A stretch of DNA of 64,000 nt from an uncultured Oscillospiraceae bacterium. GTDB lineage: Bacteria > Bacillota > Clostridia > Oscillospirales > Oscillospiraceae. The stretch is from the NCBI GenBank assembly GCA_964609305.1, contig CAZSRK010000001.1:20411-84410 (forward strand), given 5' to 3'. This document shows, one piece after another, positions 19,377 through 28,771 of the stretch; the stretch's first letter is position 1; every line of letters starts with the position of its first letter. The notes under the pieces were generated by a model. The model did no database searches. It saw only the letters and a program-made list of their open reading frames with translations, and was not told the origin of the DNA. The position numbers and the translations under genes were made by a program.

Positions 19377-19498
19377 CCTTTTTGCCACGATGACGGGGAA
19401 GGCCGCGCCGGCTGGCCCTGGGAACGGCGCAGAAAATCGCCGGAATTTTCGGATGTCCCGAACTCCGGCGCCGGTCAAAAAAATTTTCAAATTTCCCC

Positions 19499-19552
19499 TT
19501 GACAATAATACGAAATCGGATTATAATGACCGCCGATATTACGAAATCGGAT
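19499..19552 (+). promoter_or_regulatory. consensus sigma-A promoter of the marR-ABC operon with two copies of a 13-nt box
   Basis: TTGACA (19499-19504), a 17-nt spacer, then TATAAT (19522-19527). TACGAAATCGGAT occurs at 19509-19521 and again at 19540-19552 (31-nt phasing). Each copy sits inside an imperfect palindrome (ATAAT..ATTAT and ATAT..ATAT). Confidence 0.6.
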
Positions 19553-19565
19553 ATACAACGGGGGT

Positions 19566-20021
19566 ATGTTTATGAGGTACAGACAGAGCCAAGACATGCG
19601 TGATTTCGCGCGCCTTTATAAGGAGCTTGAGGAAATGTATCATATACTGGCGGTACGCTCGGGGCTGTCCGACAGCGCCTTTATAATATTCTATGCGATG
19701 ATAGAGCTCGGGGAGGGCTGCCTGCAGAAAGAGATATCAAACCAGTATCACATCAGTCCGCAGACGATCAATTCCTCGGTTCGCAGTCTGGAGAAAAAAG
19801 GGTACATATACCTGGAGCCCGGTAAAAGGCGCGATATGCACATCTATCTGACCGAGTCCGGCAGGCAGATACTTGAGCAGCGGCTGGGCCCCGTCGTGGA
19901 GTTTGAAAACGGGGTTTTCAACGCCATGCCGCCGGATGAACGCCGGCAGCTTCTGCACCTGACACGGAAATATATCGATCTCTATCGCAAAAAACTCAAT
20001 ACTTTTTCATCGGAGGACTGA
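19566..20021 (+). CDS. MarR-family transcriptional regulator
   Basis: The 151-aa product has a winged helix (QKEISNQYHISPQTINSSVRSLEKKGYIYLEPGKRRDMHIYLTESG). Confidence 0.85.
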   Translation: MFMRYRQSQDMRDFARLYKELEEMYHILAVRSGLSDSAFIIFYAMIELGEGCLQKEISNQYHISPQTINSSVRSLEKKGYIYLEPGKRRDMHIYLTESGRQILEQRLGPVVEFENGVFNAMPPDERRQLLHLTRKYIDLYRKKLNTFSSED

Positions 20022-20258
20022 ACATCGCAATGTTCCGCCGGACTGTGTTCCGGCCCCGGTCAGACAAGGTGACGAGTGCGCTCGGTTATTTTTCAGGATA
20101 ACCGGGCGCTTTTTTCAACACAGCGTGCGTCTGCATGCGCTGCACAGCGCACCGGGCGCGCCCTTATCGGCGGCGCGAAACGCGCGGCCGGCACGGCCGA
20201 ACAGGCCGGATACACAAATCTTCACATATTCTTGCAAAACACAGGGAGGGAACTTTTC

Positions 20259-21887
20259 ATGTTCAAACTGATAAGATTCCTGTCATCGTATAAAGGACGT
20301 GTGGCAGTGATGCTCATATTGCTGTTCCTGCAGGTACTGGGGACGCTGTATATCCCCACCCTGACCGCGGACATAGTCAACAACGGCATCGTCGCCGGGG
20401 ATCTCGACCACATCTGGCGTACCGGCGGCTTCATGCTGGCGGTCGCTGTTCTGATTGCCGCCGTCTCGATAACCGAAACCTATTTCTCCACCTCTGTTTT
20501 TTCAAAAATGGGCCGGGATATCCGTGACGCCCTGTTTGAAAAATCCCAGAGGCTGACGATCGACCAGTTTAACCGCTTCGGCCCGGCGTCCATGATAACC
20601 CGCTGCACCAATGACATAACGCAGATACAGACGGCGTATATGGCCGGCACCGAGATGATACTTCCGGCGCCCGTCATGACGATAGCTGGACTTCTGCTGG
20701 CTTTCTCCAAAAGCCCGGCTCTGGCCCTTGTCATTATCGGCGTCATGCTTGTGGTGTGTTTATTTACGATTTGCCTTGCAAGGAAGGCAATGCCGCTTTT
20801 TTCAAAGCTTCAGACCCTGCTCGACAGGATCAACCGCACCCTTCGAGAGACTCTGACCGGAATCCGCGTTATCCGCGCTTTCAACCGCTCGGAGTTTGAG
20901 CGTGACCGCGCCGACCGCGCCTTCGGCGATTATGCGCGCAGCGCCATCCGCATCAACAAGATCTTTGCTGTCATGATGCCGATCATCATGCTGCTGATGA
21001 ATTTCTGCACGGTCGTCATCATCGCCGTGGGCGGACAGCGGGTCGCGGACGGGCTGATGGAGATCGGCGACATCATGGCGCTTACGGAATATGCGGTCCT
21101 GATCCTCATGCATCTGATCATGGGCATCATGGTCTTTATGATATTCCCGCGGGCGCAGTCCTGTGCAAACCGTGTCAACGAGGTTCTTGCCGTCGATACC
21201 GACACAGCGGTCGCCGCGGGGCAGGCGAGCAGACACCCGAACAGGGCAAAGCTGGAGTTTCGCAACGTAACGTTTCAGTATCAGGGCGCGGAGGAACCTG
21301 TGCTCAACAACATAAGCTTTACCGCCGACATCGGCAAAACCACGGCGATCATCGGCGGCACCGGATTCGGCAAGTCGACGATAGCCAGCCTTATCCCGCG
21401 TTTTTACGATATCCAGAGCGGCACGATCCTCGATAATTTCCGGCACGGTAAAAAGGACGCAACGATGCAGGAGATTCGCCACGCGGCGCAGATCGCGCAG
21501 ATCGATGAATTCATCAACGGACTCGAGGACGGCTACGATACGCGCGTCTCCCAGGGCGGCAACAATTTTTCCGGCGGCCAGAAACAGCGTCTCGCCATTG
21601 CCAGAGCCCTCGTAAAGAAGCCTGAAATCTATATTTTCGACGACAGTTTCTCCGCTCTGGACTTTAAGACGGACGCAAAGCTGCGCTCCGCTCTGAAAGA
21701 CGAGGTGCGCGATGCGGCGGTCATCCTGGTTGCCCAGAGGATAAGCACCATTATGGACGCCGACCAGATCGTGGTCCTGGACGAGGGCCGGGTCGCCGGT
21801 ATCGGCACACACAGGCAGCTTATGGAATCCTGCACTGTATACCAGCAGATTGCACGCTCTCAGCTAAGTGAGGAGGAATTGACATGA
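20259..21887 (+). CDS. ABC exporter permease/ATPase subunit 1 (degenerate-site half, with an apparent internal deletion in the NBD)
   Basis: The start at MFKLIRFLSSYKG follows AGGGAGGG. It has a six-TM type I exporter domain, Walker A GGTGFGKST, signature FSGGQKQR, and Walker B IYIFDDS (Asp in place of the catalytic Glu). The segment between RFYDIQSGTI and LDNFRHGKKDAT is about 33 aa shorter than in subunit 2. Confidence 0.85.
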   Translation: MFKLIRFLSSYKGRVAVMLILLFLQVLGTLYIPTLTADIVNNGIVAGDLDHIWRTGGFMLAVAVLIAAVSITETYFSTSVFSKMGRDIRDALFEKSQRLTIDQFNRFGPASMITRCTNDITQIQTAYMAGTEMILPAPVMTIAGLLLAFSKSPALALVIIGVMLVVCLFTICLARKAMPLFSKLQTLLDRINRTLRETLTGIRVIRAFNRSEFERDRADRAFGDYARSAIRINKIFAVMMPIIMLLMNFCTVVIIAVGGQRVADGLMEIGDIMALTEYAVLILMHLIMGIMVFMIFPRAQSCANRVNEVLAVDTDTAVAAGQASRHPNRAKLEFRNVTFQYQGAEEPVLNNISFTADIGKTTAIIGGTGFGKSTIASLIPRFYDIQSGTILDNFRHGKKDATMQEIRHAAQIAQIDEFINGLEDGYDTRVSQGGNNFSGGQKQRLAIARALVKKPEIYIFDDSFSALDFKTDAKLRSALKDEVRDAAVILVAQRISTIMDADQIVVLDEGRVAGIGTHRQLMESCTVYQQIARSQLSEEELT

Positions 21888-23731
21888 GTATGGAAAAAGA
21901 TACCCGTGAAACAACGACAAACGGCTTTGAAGACGAGATGACCGCTGATCGCGCTAAAAACGTCAAGGGCACAGCCCTGCGCCTGTTCAGGAAACTGTTA
22001 GAGCAAAAATGGAAGCTGCTGGTCATTGTTGTCAGCATTATTGCAGGCTCGGTCTTCAATCTCCTGTCCCCAAAAGTGACGGGTGTCGCGGTCAACGAGA
22101 TTTTCAACGGTATCCAATCCGCGCTGTCGGATGGAAAGACCTTCTCGGTCAGCTTTGAAACGATGGACGCGGTGCTGTTTGGCCTTGCCGCGCTGTATCT
22201 GCTGACCTCGCTGTTTTCCTATATACAGCAGAACACGATGGCCAGCGTCTCGCAGACACTTACCCTAACCCTCCGCAGGGAGATCAGTGAAAAGCTGGGC
22301 CGCTTGCCCCTGCGCTACTTTGACAGTCACAAAAAGGGAGAGATACTCAGCCGCGCCACAAGCGACCTGGAGAAGGTGGCCGACACTCTGCAGGAGAGCC
22401 TGTCACAGCTCGTGACCTCGTTTTTCGGCATTATCGGCGCGTTTATCATGATGCTTATGATAAGCCCGACGCTGACTCTGATAGCGGCGGTGACTATCTT
22501 CATCAGCCTTATCACCGCGGCCCTTGTCTCCGGTCGGACGCAGCGCTACTTCGCCGCTAACCAGGAGGCGCTCGGCCAGCTCAACGCAAGCATCGAGGAA
22601 TCCTTTACGGGGAATATCGTCATCAAGGCGTTCAATCTTGAGCAGACGACCGTTGAAAACACAAGGGTCCTCAACGACAGGCTCTTCCATGCGGGCAAAA
22701 AGGCAATGTTCATGAACTATATGATAAGCCCGCTCATCCGGCTTATCAACCAGTTCGGCTATGTCGCCGTCGCTGTCGGCGGCGCGATGGCCGTTATCCG
22801 GGGCGCCATCTCCATCGGCGATATCCAGGCGTTTATCCAGTATGTCAACCAGGCGTCGGAGCCGGTAACGCAGATATCCTATACCGTCAACTCCCTTCAG
22901 GGCGCCATCGCGGCTGCAGAACGGGTCTTTGAACTGCTCGACGAGCAGGAAGAGATGCCGGACGCGGCAAATCCGCAGCGGCTTGAATCGCCGAAGGGCA
23001 GCGTTAGCTTTGAACACGTCCGTTTCGGCTACAGCGCCGACCATATCCTGATGAAAGATATCTCCTTTGACGTAAAGGCGGGCAGCAAGATCGCGATCGT
23101 CGGTCCAACCGGAGCTGGGAAAACAACGCTTGTCAATCTGCTCATGCGCTTTTATGAGCTTCAGGGCGGACGTATCACGATCGACGGCGCAGACATCGCC
23201 GGGATGACGCGAAGCCATCTGCGCTCGCTGATGGGCACGGTCCTTCAGGATACCTGGCTGTTCGGCGGCACGATACGGGAAAACATCGCCTACGGCCGCG
23301 AAAACGCAACGGATGAGGAGATCTGCGCAGCGGCAAGGGCGGCCCGTGCGGACCACTTTATCCGTACCATGCCGTCGGGTTATGACACCGTCCTCAGCGA
23401 CGAGATAGCATCCCTGTCTCAGGGCCAGCGTCAGCTCCTGACGATCGCGCGCGCCATTCTGGCAGACCCTGCGATACTTATCCTTGATGAGGCCACGTCC
23501 AGCGTTGACACCCGGACGGAGCTTGAGATACAGAAGGCCATGGACGCGCTCATGAAGGGGCGCACCAGCTTTATCATCGCGCACCGTCTTTCCACCATAC
23601 GCGACGCCGATCAGATACTCGTGATGAAAGACGGTACCATCATCGAAAAGGGCAGCCATACGGAGCTGATGGAGCTTGGCGGCTTCTACGCTGAGCTATA
23701 CAACAGCCAGTTCTCCGCAAAAGCAGGCTGA
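21884..23731 (+). CDS. ABC exporter permease/ATPase subunit 2 (consensus-site half)
   Basis: Walker A GPTGAGKTT, Q-loop VLQDTWLF, signature LSQGQRQ, Walker B ILILDEATS. Its start overlaps the subunit 1 stop. Confidence 0.9.
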   Translation: MSMEKDTRETTTNGFEDEMTADRAKNVKGTALRLFRKLLEQKWKLLVIVVSIIAGSVFNLLSPKVTGVAVNEIFNGIQSALSDGKTFSVSFETMDAVLFGLAALYLLTSLFSYIQQNTMASVSQTLTLTLRREISEKLGRLPLRYFDSHKKGEILSRATSDLEKVADTLQESLSQLVTSFFGIIGAFIMMLMISPTLTLIAAVTIFISLITAALVSGRTQRYFAANQEALGQLNASIEESFTGNIVIKAFNLEQTTVENTRVLNDRLFHAGKKAMFMNYMISPLIRLINQFGYVAVAVGGAMAVIRGAISIGDIQAFIQYVNQASEPVTQISYTVNSLQGAIAAAERVFELLDEQEEMPDAANPQRLESPKGSVSFEHVRFGYSADHILMKDISFDVKAGSKIAIVGPTGAGKTTLVNLLMRFYELQGGRITIDGADIAGMTRSHLRSLMGTVLQDTWLFGGTIRENIAYGRENATDEEICAAARAARADHFIRTMPSGYDTVLSDEIASLSQGQRQLLTIARAILADPAILILDEATSSVDTRTELEIQKAMDALMKGRTSFIIAHRLSTIRDADQILVMKDGTIIEKGSHTELMELGGFYAELYNSQFSAKAG

Positions 23732-23752
23732 ACGACAGCCGCATACCCGAAA

Positions 23753-23787
23753 AGAACCGGCATGGCCGAAAGCCATGCCGGTTCTTA
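23753..23787. terminator. bidirectional hairpin between the ABC operon and the histidine kinase gene
   Basis: AGAACCGGCATGGC-CGAAA-GCCATGCCGGTTCT. Confidence 0.7.
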
Positions 23788-23840
23788 CATTTGCAGTTTT
23801 TCCCCACCGGAGCCGGAGCTTTTGCATCCGCGTGCCGTTG

Positions 23841-25754
23841 TTACATGGACTCGCCCTCGTACAGCATCGGGAAGCTGACGACGGCCTTGAACAGATCGCC
23901 GTCGAGAAATATCTCAAAATTCCCGCCCATGAGCTCTGCGAGGCTGCGCGCTATCGAAAGGCCCAGCCCGCTGCCCTCGGTGCTGCGGGAGCTGTCGCCG
24001 CGCACGAAGCGCTCCATGAGCTCCGCAGGCGTTATGTTCAGCTCGTTTGCCGAGATATTGCGGAAAGTTACGAACACGCCGCCATGCACGCCCTCGGCAC
24101 TTATATAGGCGCGCGTGCCCGGGAGGGCATATTTGCGGATGTTGGACAGAAGATTTTCAAAGATGCGCCAGACCTGGCGGCCGTCAGCCATTATCGGAAG
24201 CGCCCTGTCCGGCACCGAGAGCACGAGCTTCAGCCCCGCCTGGGCAAGCCGGTCGCTGTACTCTCCTGCGGACTGCCGCAGCATTTCGGACACGTCGACA
24301 CGCTCCATGTCAAGCTTTATCGCACCGGAGCTGGCCTTTGATGCCTCGACAAGATCCTCCATCAGTTTCTTGAGCCGCGCCGACTGGCGGTCGATGACCT
24401 CGATATATTCCTGTGCCTTCTCATTTTCTATGTCCTCTTTCTTGAGCAGGTCAACATAGCTTATTATGCTCGTCAGAGGGGTCTTGATGTCGTGGCTGAC
24501 GTTTGTGATAAGCTCAGTCTTGAACCGCTCGGACTTCATGCGTTCCTCGACGGCCCTGGACATTCCCTCGGACACGCTGTTTAGATTCTCCGCGTGCTTC
24601 TTAAACTCCCAGAACATGCCGTTTGTGTCCGTTTTGAAGTCGATATTTCCCTTTGCAAGCTCCTGAGCGCCCTGCTGAAGCCTGCGCATCTGAAGCGCGA
24701 CATATCCCACGCCTACTAGCAGCGCGCAGTCGAGCACGAACAGCAGGAAAAACGCAAGGCCGCTCGAGAGCATGAACACGGCCAGCACGATGTTGAGAAA
24801 CGCCGCCGCACAGAACACGACAAGGCTCTTCCACACCAGAGGCAGGCTGTTGAATACTGATTTTACGGCGCGGAAAAACTTCTTAACAAGTCTCCAGCAC
24901 CATCTGATCACCTTGTAGCAGATGGTGTTGCGCCACCACGCCCCCGCCTTTGCCCGCGCGGAAAAACAGACGATGACATGGGCGCACAGCGCGGCGAAGG
25001 CCGCGGTGCACAGCGCAGCGAAAACAAGCCTCAGAGTGTTCAGGCTCACCGCGCTGTCCAGGCTCACATCATCCAGCGCTATTAGGAAACCCGCGCCAAG
25101 CAGGACGCCGACTGCGAGAGCAAGGGCGAGGTGCAGATCCAGCGGAAAGCGGCGGTTTATCCACGCAAGGCACACCTGTTCCGAGCCGTTCTTTCTGCCC
25201 GCTCCGCAAACGAGGAACACAAGGCAGACTATCGCAGCTGCAAAGGATATGAGCGTCAGCACCAGTACCGCACCGCGGTTTTGCATGGCCCAGTTATAGG
25301 CTGCGTAGGTAAAGTACAGCCCGTCCCTTACCATCGGTGAGCGCAGATAGAAGCTGACGGTAAAGTCCTGCTCCTCCCATTCCCCGTCGCCTGTCTGGAC
25401 CCAGTGGTCGAGGCCGATGGAGTCTATGAACACGGCCCGCTCGCCGTCACAGTTTTGCATAAGAGCCCTGCCGTCTTCATCGTACAGGACGTAGAGCAGG
25501 TTTTCGCTTTCGATATACGGCTCATTATCGTTAAGGTATGCATCCATTATGTCATAATAGTTGCTCCAGAGCTCGCCATGGAGAATACCGCTGTCATAAA
25601 ATCCCCGGCTGTCGTTGTCGAACCAGGCCTCCTCGATGCCCAGAACGCATGTGAGGCCGCCCGCACAAACGGCCACGGCCAGCGCCGCAAACAGAAGAAA
25701 GCAGATTATCTTGCACGGCAGCGTATAAGTAAAGTGGAATTTTTCCTTTTCCAT
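23841..25754 (-). CDS. sensor histidine kinase with a large polytopic N-terminal domain
   Basis: H-box VSHDIKTPLTSIISYVDLL, N-box IFENLLSNIRKYA and G-box GSGLGLSIARSL. Several TM helices lie upstream. Confidence 0.9.
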   Translation of the reverse strand: MEKEKFHFTYTLPCKIICFLLFAALAVAVCAGGLTCVLGIEEAWFDNDSRGFYDSGILHGELWSNYYDIMDAYLNDNEPYIESENLLYVLYDEDGRALMQNCDGERAVFIDSIGLDHWVQTGDGEWEEQDFTVSFYLRSPMVRDGLYFTYAAYNWAMQNRGAVLVLTLISFAAAIVCLVFLVCGAGRKNGSEQVCLAWINRRFPLDLHLALALAVGVLLGAGFLIALDDVSLDSAVSLNTLRLVFAALCTAAFAALCAHVIVCFSARAKAGAWWRNTICYKVIRWCWRLVKKFFRAVKSVFNSLPLVWKSLVVFCAAAFLNIVLAVFMLSSGLAFFLLFVLDCALLVGVGYVALQMRRLQQGAQELAKGNIDFKTDTNGMFWEFKKHAENLNSVSEGMSRAVEERMKSERFKTELITNVSHDIKTPLTSIISYVDLLKKEDIENEKAQEYIEVIDRQSARLKKLMEDLVEASKASSGAIKLDMERVDVSEMLRQSAGEYSDRLAQAGLKLVLSVPDRALPIMADGRQVWRIFENLLSNIRKYALPGTRAYISAEGVHGGVFVTFRNISANELNITPAELMERFVRGDSSRSTEGSGLGLSIARSLAELMGGNFEIFLDGDLFKAVVSFPMLYEGESM

Positions 25755-25769
25755 ATGTCAGTCCCCCAG

Positions 25770-26458
25770 TCAGGTTTCGGAGAGCTTGTAGCCTTTCCCC
25801 CAGACGACCTTGATAAAGCGCGGCTCGGCCGGGTTTATCTCCAGCTTCTCGCGCAGATGCCGGATGTGCACGGCGACGGTCCCCTCGGCGCCGTAGGGGT
25901 CGTCCTTCCACACGGCCTTGTAGATCTGCGCGGATGAAAACACCTTGCCCGGCGAGCGCATCAGAAGGCTGAGTATGTCATACTCCGTCGGCGTGAGCGA
26001 GACCGGCTCCCCCGCGTTGGTCACGCTCTTGGCCTCATCGTCGAGCGTCAGCGGCCCTATGGTTATAACGCCATCGCGCTTTGCCATACCGCCGAGGTCC
26101 GTATATCTGCGAAGCTGTGCACGCACGCGCGCCATCAGTTCGACGGGGTTGAAAGGCTTTGTGACATAGTCATCCGCTCCGACGTTCAGACCCAGTATCT
26201 TATCCATGTCCTCCCCCTTTGCCGACAGGAAGATAACGGGCACGTTCGAGCTCTCGCGTATTTTGCCGTTGCCGTGACGCCGTCCATATCCGGCATCATG
26301 ATGTCCATAAGCACCAGCTCTATACGCTCCCTGCCGAGCACCTCGAGGGCCTGCCGGCCGTCGGCCGCCTCATATATGCCGTAGCCCTCGGCGCGCAGGT
26401 ATATGGCCAGTGCGTTTCTTATGTCGCGCTCATCGTCGCAGATGAGAATGTTCAGCAT
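25770..26458 (-). pseudogene. OmpR-family response regulator, split by a 1-nt frameshift
   Basis: ORF 26186-26458 encodes the receiver N-half (ILICDDERDIRNAL...VLMDIMMPDMDGVTATAK). ORF 25770-26243, in another frame, continues with PVIFLSAKGEDMDKILGLNVGADDYVTKPF and the winged helix (VWGKGYKL). The junction maps to a short A/T run near 26261-26264. Confidence 0.85.
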
Positions 26459-26606
26459 GTTCCGCAGCTCCTTCCGTCATGGAGATTATATCGTAATAAT
26501 TTTTAAGATAAAAGCGAGCAATGTTTTAAGATTTTCTTATCTCTTCCCGGGCATGGAAAGGCCGCCGTACGCTGCTGAAAACGGCGGCGGCCTTTAAGCC
26601 GTCCTG

Positions 26607-27311
26607 TCAGCCGACGACCTTTCCAAGTATGCGGAAAAGCGACGGGTCGGATATGACGATGTCCGGATAATTCATGTTTATCGACTGAAGGCGCACTCCG
26701 CCGACACGGTCGCGCAGGCGCTTCATATAGGCGTTGTCGTCATAAAGGAAGACACCTATCTCCCCGTGGCCCAGAGTCTGCTGCTGGTGTACCCAGACGA
26801 CCTGCCCGTCGTGATAGTCCGGCTCCATACTGTCGCCGGCGATGCGCACACCGAAGTTGGCCGACAGGGGAACGTCGGCGCCGACCTCGACAAGCTCATA
26901 GTCGCTGCTGTCAAGGAACTGCCCCGTACCTGCGGAGACCGCGATGCTGTAAAGCGGCAGCGTGCGCAGCCGGCCGATAGGCGTCACGTCCGCGGTGGGC
27001 GCAAACATCCCGGAGGCGCGCAGGATATCGGCGTATTCGTTGACCTTCCTGCGTCCCTCGCTGTTCAGGCCAACCAGCGGCCCGTTCTCCTGCGTGCCCA
27101 GAAACACGGCGGAGATGTCCTGCACACCCAGCTCGTCACAAAGGACAAGAAACTGGCTGGCGTTCGGCTGCGTGGCTCCGTTCTCCCATTTGGAGATACC
27201 CTGATTCGTTATGTCCATGCCCCTCTTGCGCAGCAATCGCGCAAGCTCTTTCTGCGAGATGCCCTTTTCCCGCCGCAGATCGGTTATTATCGCCCCAATC
27301 GTCTTGCTCAT
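26607..27311 (-). CDS. XRE-HTH / S24 (LexA-like) self-cleaving repressor
   Basis: The start at MSKTIG follows AAAGGGGA. The HTH reads ISQKELARLLRKRGMDITNQGISKWENG, and the S24 Ser/Lys dyad context is AGDSMEPDY...AYMKRL. Confidence 0.85.
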   Translation of the reverse strand: MSKTIGAIITDLRREKGISQKELARLLRKRGMDITNQGISKWENGATQPNASQFLVLCDELGVQDISAVFLGTQENGPLVGLNSEGRRKVNEYADILRASGMFAPTADVTPIGRLRTLPLYSIAVSAGTGQFLDSSDYELVEVGADVPLSANFGVRIAGDSMEPDYHDGQVVWVHQQQTLGHGEIGVFLYDDNAYMKRLRDRVGGVRLQSINMNYPDIVISDPSLFRILGKVVG

Positions 27312-27472
27312 ATCGCAAAATTCCCCTTTATATCTTTTTATCCCAGTATATATTCTATATCGCACAAATGCAAGACATTCTTTGTGTTTATATCTAAAAA
27401 AGATAGAATTTCCTCTTTACCTATCTCTAAAAGAGAATTATAATGATTTTAGTATCTTTTAAGGAGACGGCT

Positions 27473-28715
27473 ATGGAGAGGGTTATCCTGCACTCTGATA
27501 TAAACGCCTGTTTTGCGAATATAGAACTGCTTTACAGACCGGAGCTGCGCGGAAAACCCATGGCCGTGGCAGGCGATGCCGAGTCGAGGCATGGGATAGT
27601 CCTGGCCAAGGAGGAGCTTGCAAAGCGCGCCGGAGTCAGGACCGGCATGGCTCTGTGGCAGGCAAGGCAGGTTTGCCCCGAACTTACTTTTGTCGAACCG
27701 CGCATGGAGCTTTACGTCAGCGTGACAAAGCAGGTCCGGCGCATTTACAGCCTGTACACCGACATGCACGAGAGCTTCGGCATCGACGAGAGCTGGCTGG
27801 ACCTTACGGGCTGCGGTGAGAGGGACGGCGGGTATCTCGCCGCCGACGAGCTGCGCCGGCGCATCAAGGCCGAGACGGGCCTAACAGTCAGCATAGGCGT
27901 GTCATGGAACAAGGTGTTTGCAAAGCTTGGCTCGGACTATAAAAAGCCGGACGCCGTGACCGTCATAAACCGCGAGAACTTCCGCAGTCTGCTCTGGCCC
28001 CTGCCGGTCGATGCACTGCTCTGGGTCGGGCGCGCCACGGCGCGGAAGCTGCGCTCGGTCGGCATCAGCACGATAGGCGAGCTTGCAAACACTGACCCGG
28101 AACTGCTGCGTTCCTGGTTCGGCAAAAACGGCTATACGCTTTACAGCGGAGCAAACGGGCTGGACGTCTCCCCCGTGCGCCGCGCCGGGGAGAGGGAAAC
28201 CGTAAAATCCGTCGGCAACAGCTCGACTGCGCCGCGCGACCTCAAGAGCCGGAACGATATGCGCACCGAGCTCATGTCCCTGTGCGAGCGCGTCGGGATG
28301 CGCCTGCGCGGACTTTCCATGCGCGCGCGCGTCGTGGAGGTCTCCATAAGAAGCGCGCAGACCCTCGGCTGGCGCAGCCGCCAGCTCACGCTCGAACGTC
28401 AGACTGATCTGACGGGCAAGATATTCGCCGTGTCAGAAAAACTCTGCTTTGAGCTGTGGGACGGCTCTCCCGCGCGCGGCGTCGGCGTACGTGTCTCCGG
28501 CCTGTCCCTCCTTAGACGAGCCGGAGCAGCTTGACCTGTTCTCCGACCATGAAAAAAGGGAAAAGCTGCGCCGGCTGGACGCCGCAACGGACGCCATACG
28601 CGATCGCTTCGGCTTTGGCAGCATAGCACGCGGGCTGACCCTGGCCGAGCCGTCCCTGGGCGGCAGCCACGGAGAGGACAGCAAAGTCTCCTCATTCGGT
28701 ATCGAAATTGCATAA
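27473..28715 (+). pseudogene. Y-family DNA polymerase (DinB/UmuC-like), C-terminal tail out of frame
   Basis: MERVILHSDINACFANIELLYRPELRGKPMAVAG...IDESWLD are Y-family catalytic motifs. The main ORF stops at 28534. ORF 28449-28715, in another frame, encodes the expected tail LDEPEQLDLFSDHEKREKLRRLDAATDAIRDRFGFGSI. The junction lies near the C-run at 28506-28508. Confidence 0.8.
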
Positions 28716-28720
28716 GGCAG

Positions 28721-28766
28721 AAAAACGCCCCTGTCAAGATTTTTATATCTTGACAGGAGCGTTTTA
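28721..28766. terminator. bidirectional terminator between the polymerase gene and the carbamate kinase gene
   Basis: ACGCCCCTGTCAAGAT-TTTTAT-ATCTTGACAGGAGCGT, flanked by A-run and T-run. Confidence 0.85.
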
Positions 28767-28771
28767 ACTTA

